From Planctomycetota bacterium (GTDB taxonomy: Bacteria; Planctomycetota; MHYJ01; WSZJ01), in assembly GCA_038060895.1 (NCBI GenBank), contig JBBTCT010000007.1, positions 68,023 through 132,022 on the forward strand: a DNA stretch of 64,000 bases. Reading direction: 5' to 3'. The translations under genes were made by a program, and so were the position numbers. The notes under the pieces were generated by a model, which was not told the DNA's origin, made no database searches, and worked only from the letters and a program-made list of their open reading frames with translations. Shown in pieces: positions 29,346-38,112 of this stretch (the first letter of the stretch is position 1; every line of letters begins with the position of its first letter).

Positions 29346-30635
29346 TCAGCCCGCCCCCATCTGCCCCTTCATCGCCTCCGTCTTCAGCAGGAAACTCCCC
29401 GTAGTCGCCACTTTTTCCCCCGCGACCAATCCTCCTTTCACCTCGAACCCTCCCTCGAACTCCGCGCCCGTTTCGATCTTCCGCGCCTGGAACACCCGCG
29501 CGGTCGTCTCCACGAACACCAGCAGGCAGTCCCCGTCGTTCTGCACCGCCTCGCGCGGAACCAGCAGCTTCGCCTCCGCCGACTTCACCGTGATCTCCGC
29601 CCGCCCGAACATGTGAGCGCGCAGAAGCCCGTCGGCGTTCTTCACCTCCGCATACGCCTTCACCGTGCGCGTCTCGTCGTCCACCGATCCTCCGAGGGAC
29701 ACCACTTTTCCGACGAACTTCTTCCCGGGGAACGACTCGAGCAGGAAAACCGCCCGCTGCCCCGCGACCACACGCGTCAGGTCGCTCTCCGGCAGGTCGA
29801 TCACGACCCACATCCTCTCGACGGAAGCGATTTCAAAGAGCGGGCGCTCCGGGGAGGCGGCCTCTCCCACGACCGCCGACGCCGCGACCACCGTCCCGGC
29901 AAATGGCGCCGAGACCGTGAGCGAGGCCGAGACGTCCTTGCCCTTTTCCACCTCCGAAACCTGCTCCTCGGAAAGCCCGAGCCCGCGCAGCCGAAGGGCC
30001 GCGGCCTGCACCATCAGCCGGGCTTCCTCCAGCACCGTGCGCGCTTCCAGTTCGTCCTTCCCCGCGACCAGGCGCTTCTCGAACAGCTCCCTGGTCTTCG
30101 TGTACAGCTCCTGGCGCAGTTCGCGTGCCGCCACGGCCTGCAGGTGTGCGGCCTTGGCCTGCGACAGCTCGGCCGAGTCGACGATGGCGAGCGGCGTCCC
30201 GGCCTCGACCTGCTGCCCGAGCGCCGCGGACACCGAGCGCACGACGCCGCCCAGCCGCGGCCCGACTCGCGCCCAGGCCGACGGTACGAACTCCGTCTCG
30301 GCATTGCCGCGCGCGGTTTCCGCGATGGCACGGGACTCGACGGCGGCCGTGCGGACCCCTGCACGTTCGGCGGCGCCTGGGCCAAGCTCGATTTTCACGA
30401 GGGTGTTCGGACACTCCCCCTCTTTCGGCTCTCGCATGCGGGTCACCACCGTTCCGCCCCGCGCCAGCTTCGGGTTGCAGGATTCACACTTCGACAACTC
30501 GACCTGGTGCGGCTCGCACCAGTCCGTCCCATGCGCGGGAGGCCCCTCCCAGGGCAGCCGCCCGTGACCCGCGGTCCATGCGAACGCGGAAATCAGCGCA
30601 AGGAACACCACTCCGGTCAGGATCGACGATTTCAT
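29346..30635 (-). CDS. czcB: CzcB-type RND periplasmic adaptor with N-terminal Cys/His motif
   Basis: DWCEPHQVELSKCESCNP; SAPFAGTVV, VDDETRTVK, VPREAVQ, GEKVATTGSFLLK. Confidence 0.9.
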   Translation of the reverse strand: MKSSILTGVVFLALISAFAWTAGHGRLPWEGPPAHGTDWCEPHQVELSKCESCNPKLARGGTVVTRMREPKEGECPNTLVKIELGPGAAERAGVRTAAVESRAIAETARGNAETEFVPSAWARVGPRLGGVVRSVSAALGQQVEAGTPLAIVDSAELSQAKAAHLQAVAARELRQELYTKTRELFEKRLVAGKDELEARTVLEEARLMVQAAALRLRGLGLSEEQVSEVEKGKDVSASLTVSAPFAGTVVAASAVVGEAASPERPLFEIASVERMWVVIDLPESDLTRVVAGQRAVFLLESFPGKKFVGKVVSLGGSVDDETRTVKAYAEVKNADGLLRAHMFGRAEITVKSAEAKLLVPREAVQNDGDCLLVFVETTARVFQARKIETGAEFEGGFEVKGGLVAGEKVATTGSFLLKTEAMKGQMGAG

Positions 30636-30644
30636 GGCCCCCTC

Positions 30645-31085
30645 CTATTTCCCCTGGCAGTCGTCGCAGAGTTCGGATTCGCCGTTGTCACCCTTTTCCC
30701 AGCCGCAGTCGGTGCAGTACGCGTACGACACCCACTTGTCCCCGTCCTTGACCTCGTACTTCCAGACCCCGATGTACTGCGCCTTCGCAAAGGTCCAGCC
30801 GTGGATCCGGACTTCCTTTCCGCGAAGCTTCTCATTCGTGATCACGCCGTGTCCGTGCACGTTGTCGACAAGGGTCCACATCTTTCCCTCGGCGTCCTTG
30901 AGGCCCTGGGCGTGCTTGCTGTGAAGCGTGCACTGCGCGTCGGCGCCTTCCTTGTCCAGTTCGCAACCGACGCAGACGATGGTTCCGGCGGTCTGGGTGA
31001 GTTTCTTGAAGTCGGGCTTCTTTGCTTCGTCGCCCGCGAGGACGGCGAGCGGAACGGCGAGAAGGGCAATGCAGAGGGTCTTCAC
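30645..31085 (-). CDS. secreted Cys/His-rich hypothetical protein
   Basis: AAGGAG RBS, GTG start, signal peptide; CVGC, CTLHSKH, YCTDC, CDDC. Confidence 0.8.
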   Translation of the reverse strand: MKTLCIALLAVPLAVLAGDEAKKPDFKKLTQTAGTIVCVGCELDKEGADAQCTLHSKHAQGLKDAEGKMWTLVDNVHGHGVITNEKLRGKEVRIHGWTFAKAQYIGVWKYEVKDGDKWVSYAYCTDCGWEKGDNGESELCDDCQGK

Positions 31086-31161
31086 GGGAGTTCTCCTTGG
31101 AAGGATGTTGGAAGAGAGTTTTAGCGTAAAAGCTGTATTTACGTAGTGCCAGCGGCGGCGC

Positions 31162-31563
31162 TTAGCAGCGCAGCGGCAGAGGCACGGGCGGTCCGCACGT
31201 CAGGGGCCCGCCCGCCGCGAAGTTCGACCCCGCGGCGTTCCCGTTCACGACCTCGGCGACCCGGATCTCCTCGGGCGCCGCTCCGATCGGATGCAGATCC
31301 ACCGCCACTCCGCTCATCATGGGCGCAAGCCCGTCCACGCAGCCGCCACAGTCCGGCGCCGCCTTCAGGATGTCGCCCTGCTCCTCTTCAGCCTCGCACT
31401 GCTCGCAGCAGGGCTCCGCCTCAGCAACCGGCTCGCCGCAGCACTCGTCCCCCGTCCACTCGTACTCCGCGTGCCCGTCGTTCCCGACGCACAGGGCCAC
31501 GCCCGACGTCATGAGGACCGCGGTGAAGTGAAGGACGCAGGCGATGGTGGCGATGATCCTCAA
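31162..31563 (-). CDS. small exported Cys-rich leader protein (LRC type, copy B)
   Basis: TTG start; H..SG..LCVGNDGH..YE..CC..CC..PDCGGC.D..PLRC; paralog of 25724..26113. Confidence 0.75.
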   Translation of the reverse strand: MRIIATIACVLHFTAVLMTSGVALCVGNDGHAEYEWTGDECCGEPVAEAEPCCEQCEAEEEQGDILKAAPDCGGCVDGLAPMMSGVAVDLHPIGAAPEEIRVAEVVNGNAAGSNFAAGGPLTCGPPVPLPLRC

Positions 31564-31601
31564 GCCCGTTCATCCTAGCAGAAACCGAAAACGCCGGGCG
31601 G

Positions 31602-32363
31602 TCATTCCGGCACGGTTCCCATGAACCCGCTCACCGCGTCGTTGAACGGGCCCGGCGCTTCGACATTCGACAGATGCCCGGCGTCGGGGATCTCGACGTA
31701 CTTCGCCCCGGCGATCTTCTCCCCCATCGCACGCATCTCCGCCGGCGGCGAAATTTCGTCAAGCGCGCCGCAGACGACCAGCGCCGGCACGTCGATCGTC
31801 GCCAGGAGCGAAGTCGAGTCGGCGCGCGATCCGAGCCCCAGAAGCGCCGCAGCCAGTCCCTCGGGTTTGTTCGCGGCGATGATGTCGCGCACGAACACTC
31901 GCGCGGCTTCCGGGGCCTTCGCCGACAGCAGCTTCGGCATCATCTTCTCCCCCGCCACCGCCGACCCGCCCTTCACGACCTCCGCCGCAAACGTCGCGCG
32001 ACCCGCCCGCTGCTCTTCCGTGTCCGCCGCCGCGCGCGTGTCCGCCAGCACCAGTGCGCTCACCCGCGCACGATGACGCTTCCACAGTTCAAACGCCACG
32101 TACCCGCCCATCGACAGCCCGCAGAACGCCGCACGCCGGATCCCCAGCGCGTCCAGCGTCTCCACCACGTCGTCCGCCATCTCCGCCATCGAAGCCGAAG
32201 CGGCCACCGATGAGCCGCCAAATCCGCGCAGGCTCACCGCCACCAGGAGATTCCGCTCCCGCAGCCGCGCGAAATTCGGATACCACATCGAAGACGAAAG
32301 CGGAAATCCGTGAAGCAGCACCAGCACGGGTCCTTCACCGGCGGCCTTGAACAGCAGCTTCAT
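31602..32363 (-). CDS. alpha/beta hydrolase (3-oxoadipate enol-lactonase-like)
   Basis: LLHGFP, GLSMGGY nucleophile elbow, DEISP, GHLSNVE. Confidence 0.92.
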   Translation of the reverse strand: MKLLFKAAGEGPVLVLLHGFPLSSSMWYPNFARLRERNLLVAVSLRGFGGSSVAASASMAEMADDVVETLDALGIRRAAFCGLSMGGYVAFELWKRHRARVSALVLADTRAAADTEEQRAGRATFAAEVVKGGSAVAGEKMMPKLLSAKAPEAARVFVRDIIAANKPEGLAAALLGLGSRADSTSLLATIDVPALVVCGALDEISPPAEMRAMGEKIAGAKYVEIPDAGHLSNVEAPGPFNDAVSGFMGTVPE

Positions 32364-32402
32364 TCGTGACCCCTCTCATCAGGCCGGAACATGGGCCGTC
32401 CC

Positions 32403-32557
32403 ATCGCCGGGCGTGGCGGGTCGGGAAGCGCCGCGTCGGGCGGCGCGCAAAGTTCACGCGACCCTCGATCGACGTGCTGCGGCCGCGCTTGCGCCGCAAC
32501 CCCGCCAAATCACGGCGCCGCCCGACGCGCGCTTCCCGACCCGCCACGCCCGGCGAT
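32403..32557. repeat. long inverted repeat (MITE/REP-like)
   Basis: Arms 32403-32446 and 32515-32557; 43 bp reverse-complement match with one extra base. Confidence 0.8.
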
Positions 32558-32640
32558 AGCGGAGGAGGGAATTGAACCCTCATGAGTGTGACCTCGACGG
32601 ATTTTGAATCCGTTGCGTCTGCCAGTTCCGCCACTCCGCC
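32557..32640 (-). tRNA. tRNA-Leu (CAA)
   Basis: GGCGGAG acceptor stem, D-arm TGGCGGAACTGGCAGACGC, ACGGA-TTCAAAA-TCCGT anticodon arm, long variable arm, GAGGGTTCAATTCCCTC; no encoded CCA. Confidence 0.96.
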
Positions 32641-32740
32641 TCGCGGACGGGAGCGGAAGGGGCGTCCTGAACCCCGGGGCGGCGCACCTGGCGCGCCGCA
32701 CCCGGGATTCAGGACGCCCCTTCCGCTCCCGTCCGCGAGG
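32639..32740. repeat. long hairpin in the tRNA 5' leader
   Basis: Arms 32639-32678 and 32701-32740; 40 bp with one mismatch, plus additional inner pairing. Confidence 0.85.
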
Positions 32741-32759
32741 AGAATAGCGCGAAAGAGAC

Positions 32760-32768
32760 ATTGTACCA
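32760..32768 (-). promoter_or_regulatory. extended -10 promoter for tRNA-Leu
   Basis: TGG-TACAAT on the minus strand upstream of the leader hairpin. Confidence 0.55.
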
Positions 32769-32827
32769 AGCTCGAGGGGCGGGAACCGGGGGGTGGGCGT
32801 TGCGTCGTGCGACCGCCACCGCGCCAC

Positions 32828-33646
32828 CTAACGGTTCGGCCGGCTGGCGCCGATAGTTCCTACTGAGCGCTCACACTTTGGAGGCGAAGCGGGATTTCCT
32901 GAGCTCCTCCCTTGCCCGAAGCCGGGGACGGAACTCCGGGGCGCGGGACGACACGTGCCGCGGTTTGGGGCCCTGACTTCGCAGCCGTAGTTTCGACCGT
33001 AACCGCAGCCACGCTCGTACCTGATGGAAAATCGTCGCGTGGTCGCCCGCGGCATCTGCCGGCTCCTCAGACCCCAGGTAACGGACTCGACCCCGCGCGC
33101 CGCTTGCGACGCCCGGGCCCTTCCTTCGGCCTCGCGCCGCGCCGCCTGCAGCTGGTCCCGGTCGGCGGCCAGCTCCTGCGCCTCGGACGCCGTTACCCAC
33201 CTGCCCTCGAACTTGATCATTCCGCGGGCGATCAGCAGATCCTCCCCGCGCAGCCACCGGTCCCCGACTTTTTCGTATCCGAGTCGCTCGCGCGCCTCGG
33301 GGTGATTCGAGTCCACAGCGATCACCGCTTCCAGCTCAATGCGTTCGCACCTTGAAAGCCCCGCTTCGGCGCACCAGTCGGCCAGCGCCAGGTGCCCGTT
33401 CACGTCACGCCTGGCGAGCGTAGCGGCCCTCGAAGCGTATTCGTCGGCTGGAGACACGGCGGATTCCACCTTCTCCACGTCCGCGAGAGGAATCTTCACC
33501 GTTCCGTTCTCAAGGCGAATCACAAGCCGGTCTCCCGACACGCTCGTGACTCCTTCCAGGCGCCCTCCGCTCTTCAGGATGACGACGTCTGCGAAGGCCG
33601 AAGCGCCGGCCAGGCAGAAGAGGCACGCGGCGATGGCGGGTTTCAT
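32828..33646 (-). CDS. secreted hypothetical protein (planctomycete-type N-terminal domain)
   Basis: Signal peptide, ADVVILKSGGRLEG, LADWC..GL, ARERLGY, RGMIKFEGRW; paralog of 36935..38014. Confidence 0.75.
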   Translation of the reverse strand: MKPAIAACLFCLAGASAFADVVILKSGGRLEGVTSVSGDRLVIRLENGTVKIPLADVEKVESAVSPADEYASRAATLARRDVNGHLALADWCAEAGLSRCERIELEAVIAVDSNHPEARERLGYEKVGDRWLRGEDLLIARGMIKFEGRWVTASEAQELAADRDQLQAARREAEGRARASQAARGVESVTWGLRSRQMPRATTRRFSIRYERGCGYGRNYGCEVRAPNRGTCRPAPRSSVPGFGQGRSSGNPASPPKCERSVGTIGASRPNR

Positions 33647-33912
33647 GGAACTGGCTCCAATACCGGGATGGGGACCGGGCTCTCGCGGGATCGTAACTGC
33701 AACGATCGGAGCGGGCAGGGATTTCTGCGCGTGCCGCGGCCGGGGCAGCGGGCCGGTGCGATGGTAAAACGCCTAAAGTCAAGCAAGATCTGAAGCTGCC
33801 CGGCGCATTCAGGAATATCTCTGACGCACCGCGGCAATTCCCAACTTCCCTCTCCCGGCAGTCGCCGGATTCAGCTACAATGGCCCTCCCGCGTATAGAG
33901 GGAGTGAGAGGC

Positions 33913-34554
33913 ATGAAAGCTCTGAAAGCCAAGCCCGCGAAGTCCACTTCGAAGTCTTCGAAGGAACCCGAATTCAAGGCGGTCCTCAAGGACCCTGCGG
34001 TTCGCGAAGTATTCCTGCCCGGCAACGGCGTGGGCATTTTCGCGCCGCACGGGGGCGGGATCGAGCCCGGGACCGAGGAAATCGCACGGGCGGTGGCCCA
34101 GGCGACCGGCGCGACGTTGTACGTGCTGTCGGCGAAGAGGCCGACAGGAAACACGGCGCTTCATGTGACCGTGACACGCATGCTCACCGGCATCTCCCCG
34201 AAACTCGACCAGGCCATCGCGGCGACGCGGGTGGCGATCTCGATTCACGGGCACGGCCGCACGAAGGACGGCGGACCGGTCTACGTGAGCGGCCTCGCCG
34301 TGGAGGCCGTGGAACTCTGCGCCGGGGCGATGCGGCACGCGCTGCGGGGCGCGTACGAGGTCGTGGACGAGCACGACCGGATCCCCGACGACCTCGCCGG
34401 GCTGGACAAGGACAACATCATCAACCGCGTGCCGAAGAAGGGCGTGCAGATCGAGCTTCCTCGCGCGCTGCGCGACGAAGCGGTTCCGGCCATCCGGGGT
34501 GCGGCGGCGCAGCTGGTTACGGCACTGATCGAAGTGGTGCGCGAACTCGGATAG
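33913..34554 (+). CDS. poly-gamma-glutamate hydrolase family (DUF867/PghP-like)
   Basis: APHGGGIEPGTEEIA, LHVT, ISIHG, NIINR, GVQIEL motifs. Confidence 0.88.
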   Translation: MKALKAKPAKSTSKSSKEPEFKAVLKDPAVREVFLPGNGVGIFAPHGGGIEPGTEEIARAVAQATGATLYVLSAKRPTGNTALHVTVTRMLTGISPKLDQAIAATRVAISIHGHGRTKDGGPVYVSGLAVEAVELCAGAMRHALRGAYEVVDEHDRIPDDLAGLDKDNIINRVPKKGVQIELPRALRDEAVPAIRGAAAQLVTALIEVVRELG

Positions 34555-34577
34555 CTGCGGACTCAAGCTTGATCTCA

Positions 34578-34608
34578 CCGGCGGGGTGAAAACCCCGCCG
34601 TTTTTTTT
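34578..34608 (+). terminator. intrinsic terminator
   Basis: CGGCGGGGT / ACCCCGCCG stem followed by T8. Confidence 0.85.
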
Positions 34609-34617
34609 GGAAGTGCA

Positions 34618-36927
34618 CTAACCGACGAGCTTCTTGAGCGCCGCTTCCGCCGCCTCGCGAACCAGGGCTTCCGGATCGTTCAGCAGCTCACGAAGCTGGG
34701 GAAGGGTGGGCGCGGCGAGGTCGCGACGGCAATTGCCGATTCCGGCGCACGCCGCGGCCCTCACGCCCGCGTCGGGATCCTTGAGAAGCACGGAGAGCGG
34801 TTCCAGCGGGTCGGGGTCTCGCGAGCCGACCTTCCCCAGCGCGGCCGCCGCGTGGATGCGGGTTGCCGCCTCCGGGTGCTTCGAAGCCTCGGCGAGTGCG
34901 GGGATGGCGACTTCGCGGAAGAGCGGGCCGATGGTCGACATCATGGTCGTGATGTTGCTGGTGAGCGCGCGGAGTGCTGCGGCGATGACGCGGCCGTCCT
35001 TGTCTTTCACGAGGGCGGCGATTTTCGCGACGGCGGCGCTCTGGTCGGCGCAGCCGTCGAGGTACGGCATCACGCAGGTGGCCCGGACTTCGCCGTCGGT
35101 GTCCGCGAGCGCGGCCTCGCAGGCCCTGGAAGTGTCGGAGTCGTGCGCCCCGATCCCGGAGAGGGCGGCGGCGGCGGCTCGCCGCAACGGAACGTCCGGG
35201 TCGCGAAGCAACAGGCAGAGTGCGGGAATGGCCGCGGCGCCCACCTGGCCCGTGGCGCCGAGTTTTTCGGCGCCCAGAAGGCGCATCGCGGTGTCGGTGC
35301 CCTCCACCAGCGCGACCAGCGCAGGCACCCCGGCGGCGCCCATGCCGCTCAACGCGTCGGCGGCCGCCAGGCGGACGTCCTTGTCCCCGTCGGCGAGAAG
35401 CGCAGCGACCGCTGCGGCCGCGGGCGCGCCAATCGCCTTCAGCGCTTCGGTCGCCGCGAGGCGGTGGCCTGGAGATGGCGGATTGCGGAAGACTTCCAGG
35501 ACCGCAGGGACGACCGCGACGCCCGAGGCGCCCAGGGCGCGGATGGCGGCGGCCCGCGTGAACGGATCCGGCGATCCCAGCGCCTCGACCGCCTGCGGCG
35601 ACGCGCCTGCCCCGAGTCGTCCGAAGGCGTCGGCCGCGGCAGCCCTCACTTCGGCGTCCTCGTCCTTGAACGCACGGACGAGAGAAGCGGCGGCCGGGGC
35701 GGCGGCGGCGCCCGCTTCGCCCAGCGCGGCGCATGCGCGGCGTCGCGCGGCGGGGGAAGGGAGAGCGAGGGCGCCCTCGATGAAATCGATGGCGGGGGTG
35801 CCTATGCGGCCGAGAGCCCACACGGCCTTGCCCGCCACGAATTCGTCCTCTTCTCCGAGGATTTCCGCGAGGGCGGACGAGGCGGCTGCCGCGGCGGGGC
35901 CGATGACGCCCAGTGCGGTGGCGGCGGCGGCGCGGGATTTCGGATCGGCGTCGGCGAGCCCTTCGGTCAAGGCAGGGACGGCCGCTTCACCAAATCCCCC
36001 CATCGCCTTGTAAGCGCGGGCGCGGATCGCGGGGCGCGCGCCCTTGAGGTTTTTGCGGACGGGCTCGAGAGCCGAGGGGCCTACTTTTGCGAGGGACTCA
36101 GCCGCGACTTCGGCGACGGCCTCGTTCGAGTCCGACAGAAGCACGGCGAGCGCTTCGGCGGCCGGCGCCGCGCCGGCGCCCATGCGCCAGAGGCCCCGGA
36201 CGCCGGCAAGCCGGAGCGCCAGGTCGGGATCGCCGATGGCTTCAATGAACGGTTCGAGGGGAGGCTGGACGGCGGGAAGCATGGCCGCCAGAGCCACGAG
36301 CGCGCGCACCCGGATCGGGCGACCGGTTTCCCGGCAGGCCGCGACGATGTCCGGCACCGCCGGCTGGCCGATCGCGCCGAGAGCCTGCACCGCCATTTCA
36401 CGGACACGGCTCGAATCGTCGGCCAGAGACAGGACGAGAGCGGCGGAAGCGGGAGCGGCGTACGCGGCGAGGGCCCGGAGCGCGTCGGCGGCGGCGACGC
36501 GGACGACGGGGTCTTCGTCGGCGAGGGCCAGCGCCAGCGCCGGGACGCCCGCGGCCCCTTGCGCCCCCATCACGGCGAAGGATGTCGCCGCGGCGGCGCG
36601 CACGTCGGCGTGCTTATGGTGAAGCAATTCGAGCAAGGTAGGGATGGCGCCCGGTCCGATGCGGCCGAGGGCCACGATGGCCGCGCCCTGCTCCTGTCTG
36701 TTCGGGGACTCAAGGACAACGGCCCACTGGGCGATGTCCTTGCCCTGGTAGGAATTCAGCGCCGGGAACTTCGTTTCGTTCGGGGACCGTTCTCCCCCGG
36801 CCGGAACCGCGGCGGCGCCCTGCCCCGGGGGCGGAAGCGGCGCGGGTGCCGGAGTTTTTTTTTCGCAGCCGGTCGCGAGGAGCGTGAGCCCGGCAACCGC
36901 CGCAGCAAGCCTCTTCATCAACCGCAT
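34618..36927 (-). CDS. HEAT/PBS-lyase repeat lipoprotein
   Basis: Lipobox-like ATGC; many L.D.D..VR..AA.AL repeats across about 700 aa. Confidence 0.88.
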   Translation of the reverse strand: MRLMKRLAAAVAGLTLLATGCEKKTPAPAPLPPPGQGAAAVPAGGERSPNETKFPALNSYQGKDIAQWAVVLESPNRQEQGAAIVALGRIGPGAIPTLLELLHHKHADVRAAAATSFAVMGAQGAAGVPALALALADEDPVVRVAAADALRALAAYAAPASAALVLSLADDSSRVREMAVQALGAIGQPAVPDIVAACRETGRPIRVRALVALAAMLPAVQPPLEPFIEAIGDPDLALRLAGVRGLWRMGAGAAPAAEALAVLLSDSNEAVAEVAAESLAKVGPSALEPVRKNLKGARPAIRARAYKAMGGFGEAAVPALTEGLADADPKSRAAAATALGVIGPAAAAASSALAEILGEEDEFVAGKAVWALGRIGTPAIDFIEGALALPSPAARRRACAALGEAGAAAAPAAASLVRAFKDEDAEVRAAAADAFGRLGAGASPQAVEALGSPDPFTRAAAIRALGASGVAVVPAVLEVFRNPPSPGHRLAATEALKAIGAPAAAAVAALLADGDKDVRLAAADALSGMGAAGVPALVALVEGTDTAMRLLGAEKLGATGQVGAAAIPALCLLLRDPDVPLRRAAAAALSGIGAHDSDTSRACEAALADTDGEVRATCVMPYLDGCADQSAAVAKIAALVKDKDGRVIAAALRALTSNITTMMSTIGPLFREVAIPALAEASKHPEAATRIHAAAALGKVGSRDPDPLEPLSVLLKDPDAGVRAAACAGIGNCRRDLAAPTLPQLRELLNDPEALVREAAEAALKKLVG

Positions 36928-36934
36928 TGTAGAC

Positions 36935-38014
36935 TCACCGGACCGGCTTCGCCTTCTCCCACGCACCCTTCGCCTTCTCTTCCTCGCTCTTCGCCGCGGC
37001 AGCCAGCTGCTCCAGCTCCTGCAGCCCCGCCAACGCCTCCGCTTCCGCCGCCGCCGCCGCCTTCGCGTCCTTCTCCGCCTTCGCTTCCCCGGCCTCGGCA
37101 GCGCTGATGGCCGCTCCGAGCGACGCCGCGAGCTTCTCCAGGTCCGCCACTCGCCGTTCGGCCTGCGACAGGTCGAACTCCGCCATCGCGAACGCCTTCT
37201 TCGCCCGGCGCAGGTCCAGGTCCGCCTGCCCCGCCACGTTCGGCTCCTCGCGCTGCGCCCGCAGCCGCTCCTGGTCGTAGAACCACTGCGCCCGCTCGAC
37301 CGCCCGCTCCGCGCTGTCCCGCGAACGGTCCGCCGCCTTCACGTCCGCTTCCGCACCCGGGATCGCCGCTTCCGTGTCCGCATGTTCGCGCGTCCGCGCG
37401 ACGATCGCCCGCGCAGCCGCATCCCGCGACGCTTCCGCCCGCTCCCTGGCATGGCGCTCGCGCAAAGCAGCCGCGCGCCCCGCCGCAAGGCGCTCGTCCA
37501 TCTTCTTGCGGATCTGCTGCGAAAGCCGCCAGGAATACTCCAGCGGATGCGTCCAGCGGCCCTCGAAGCGCACCCACCCGCGCCCCTGGTAGTACGTGTC
37601 CGGGTCCTGCCACTCCCCAGCAACCAGGTGCCAATCGCGCGAGGCCAGCTCGTCCGAGGCGGCCTTGAAGTCCGGGTCGAGCGTGGCCGCCGCGATGAAA
37701 TGCCGGATCGCGTCCTTCTCGAGTTTCACCGACTCCAGCCACTCCGCGAGCTCGAACTGCGACTTCGCGTCCTTCTCGTCGAGATCCTTCATCCGCTCCG
37801 CGTATTCCTGCTCCGGCGTGAGCTTCTCTTCGATCGACGCAATCTTGTCTTTCTCCAGCGTGATCGCCCCCATGCGGAGCTTCACCTTCACGACGTTCCC
37901 GTCGTCCGAAATCACGTCGCCCTCGATGACGCGGCCATCCTTCAGCGTGATCAGGTCGGCCCGCGCCCTTCCAGCGGCGAGGACAAGTGCGGCCAGAACG
38001 AGTGCCCGTTTCAT
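36935..38014 (-). CDS. secreted hypothetical protein with coiled-coil C-terminus
   Basis: MKRALV signal peptide, ADLITLKDGRVIEG, RGWVRFEGRW, Ala/Glu-rich tail. Confidence 0.8.
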   Translation of the reverse strand: MKRALVLAALVLAAGRARADLITLKDGRVIEGDVISDDGNVVKVKLRMGAITLEKDKIASIEEKLTPEQEYAERMKDLDEKDAKSQFELAEWLESVKLEKDAIRHFIAAATLDPDFKAASDELASRDWHLVAGEWQDPDTYYQGRGWVRFEGRWTHPLEYSWRLSQQIRKKMDERLAAGRAAALRERHARERAEASRDAAARAIVARTREHADTEAAIPGAEADVKAADRSRDSAERAVERAQWFYDQERLRAQREEPNVAGQADLDLRRAKKAFAMAEFDLSQAERRVADLEKLAASLGAAISAAEAGEAKAEKDAKAAAAAEAEALAGLQELEQLAAAAKSEEEKAKGAWEKAKPVR

Positions 38015-38112
38015 GGCGAATGTCCCGAAAAGTGGACGCGACAGCGGTCCCCCGCAGTATAAAGCAATCGCCGTGCCCCGAATCCGGCTTACGCCTCTTC
38101 CAGGAGCCCGCC

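Noticed and set aside
32403-34608. Prophage or genomic island at tRNA-Leu
   Set aside because: No integrase, no duplicated tRNA 3' end and no phage structural genes were seen.
34634-37107. Long plus-strand ORFs (459 and 751 aa), and similar long ORFs antisense to other genes
   Set aside because: These are GC-rich antisense shadow frames of well-supported genes.
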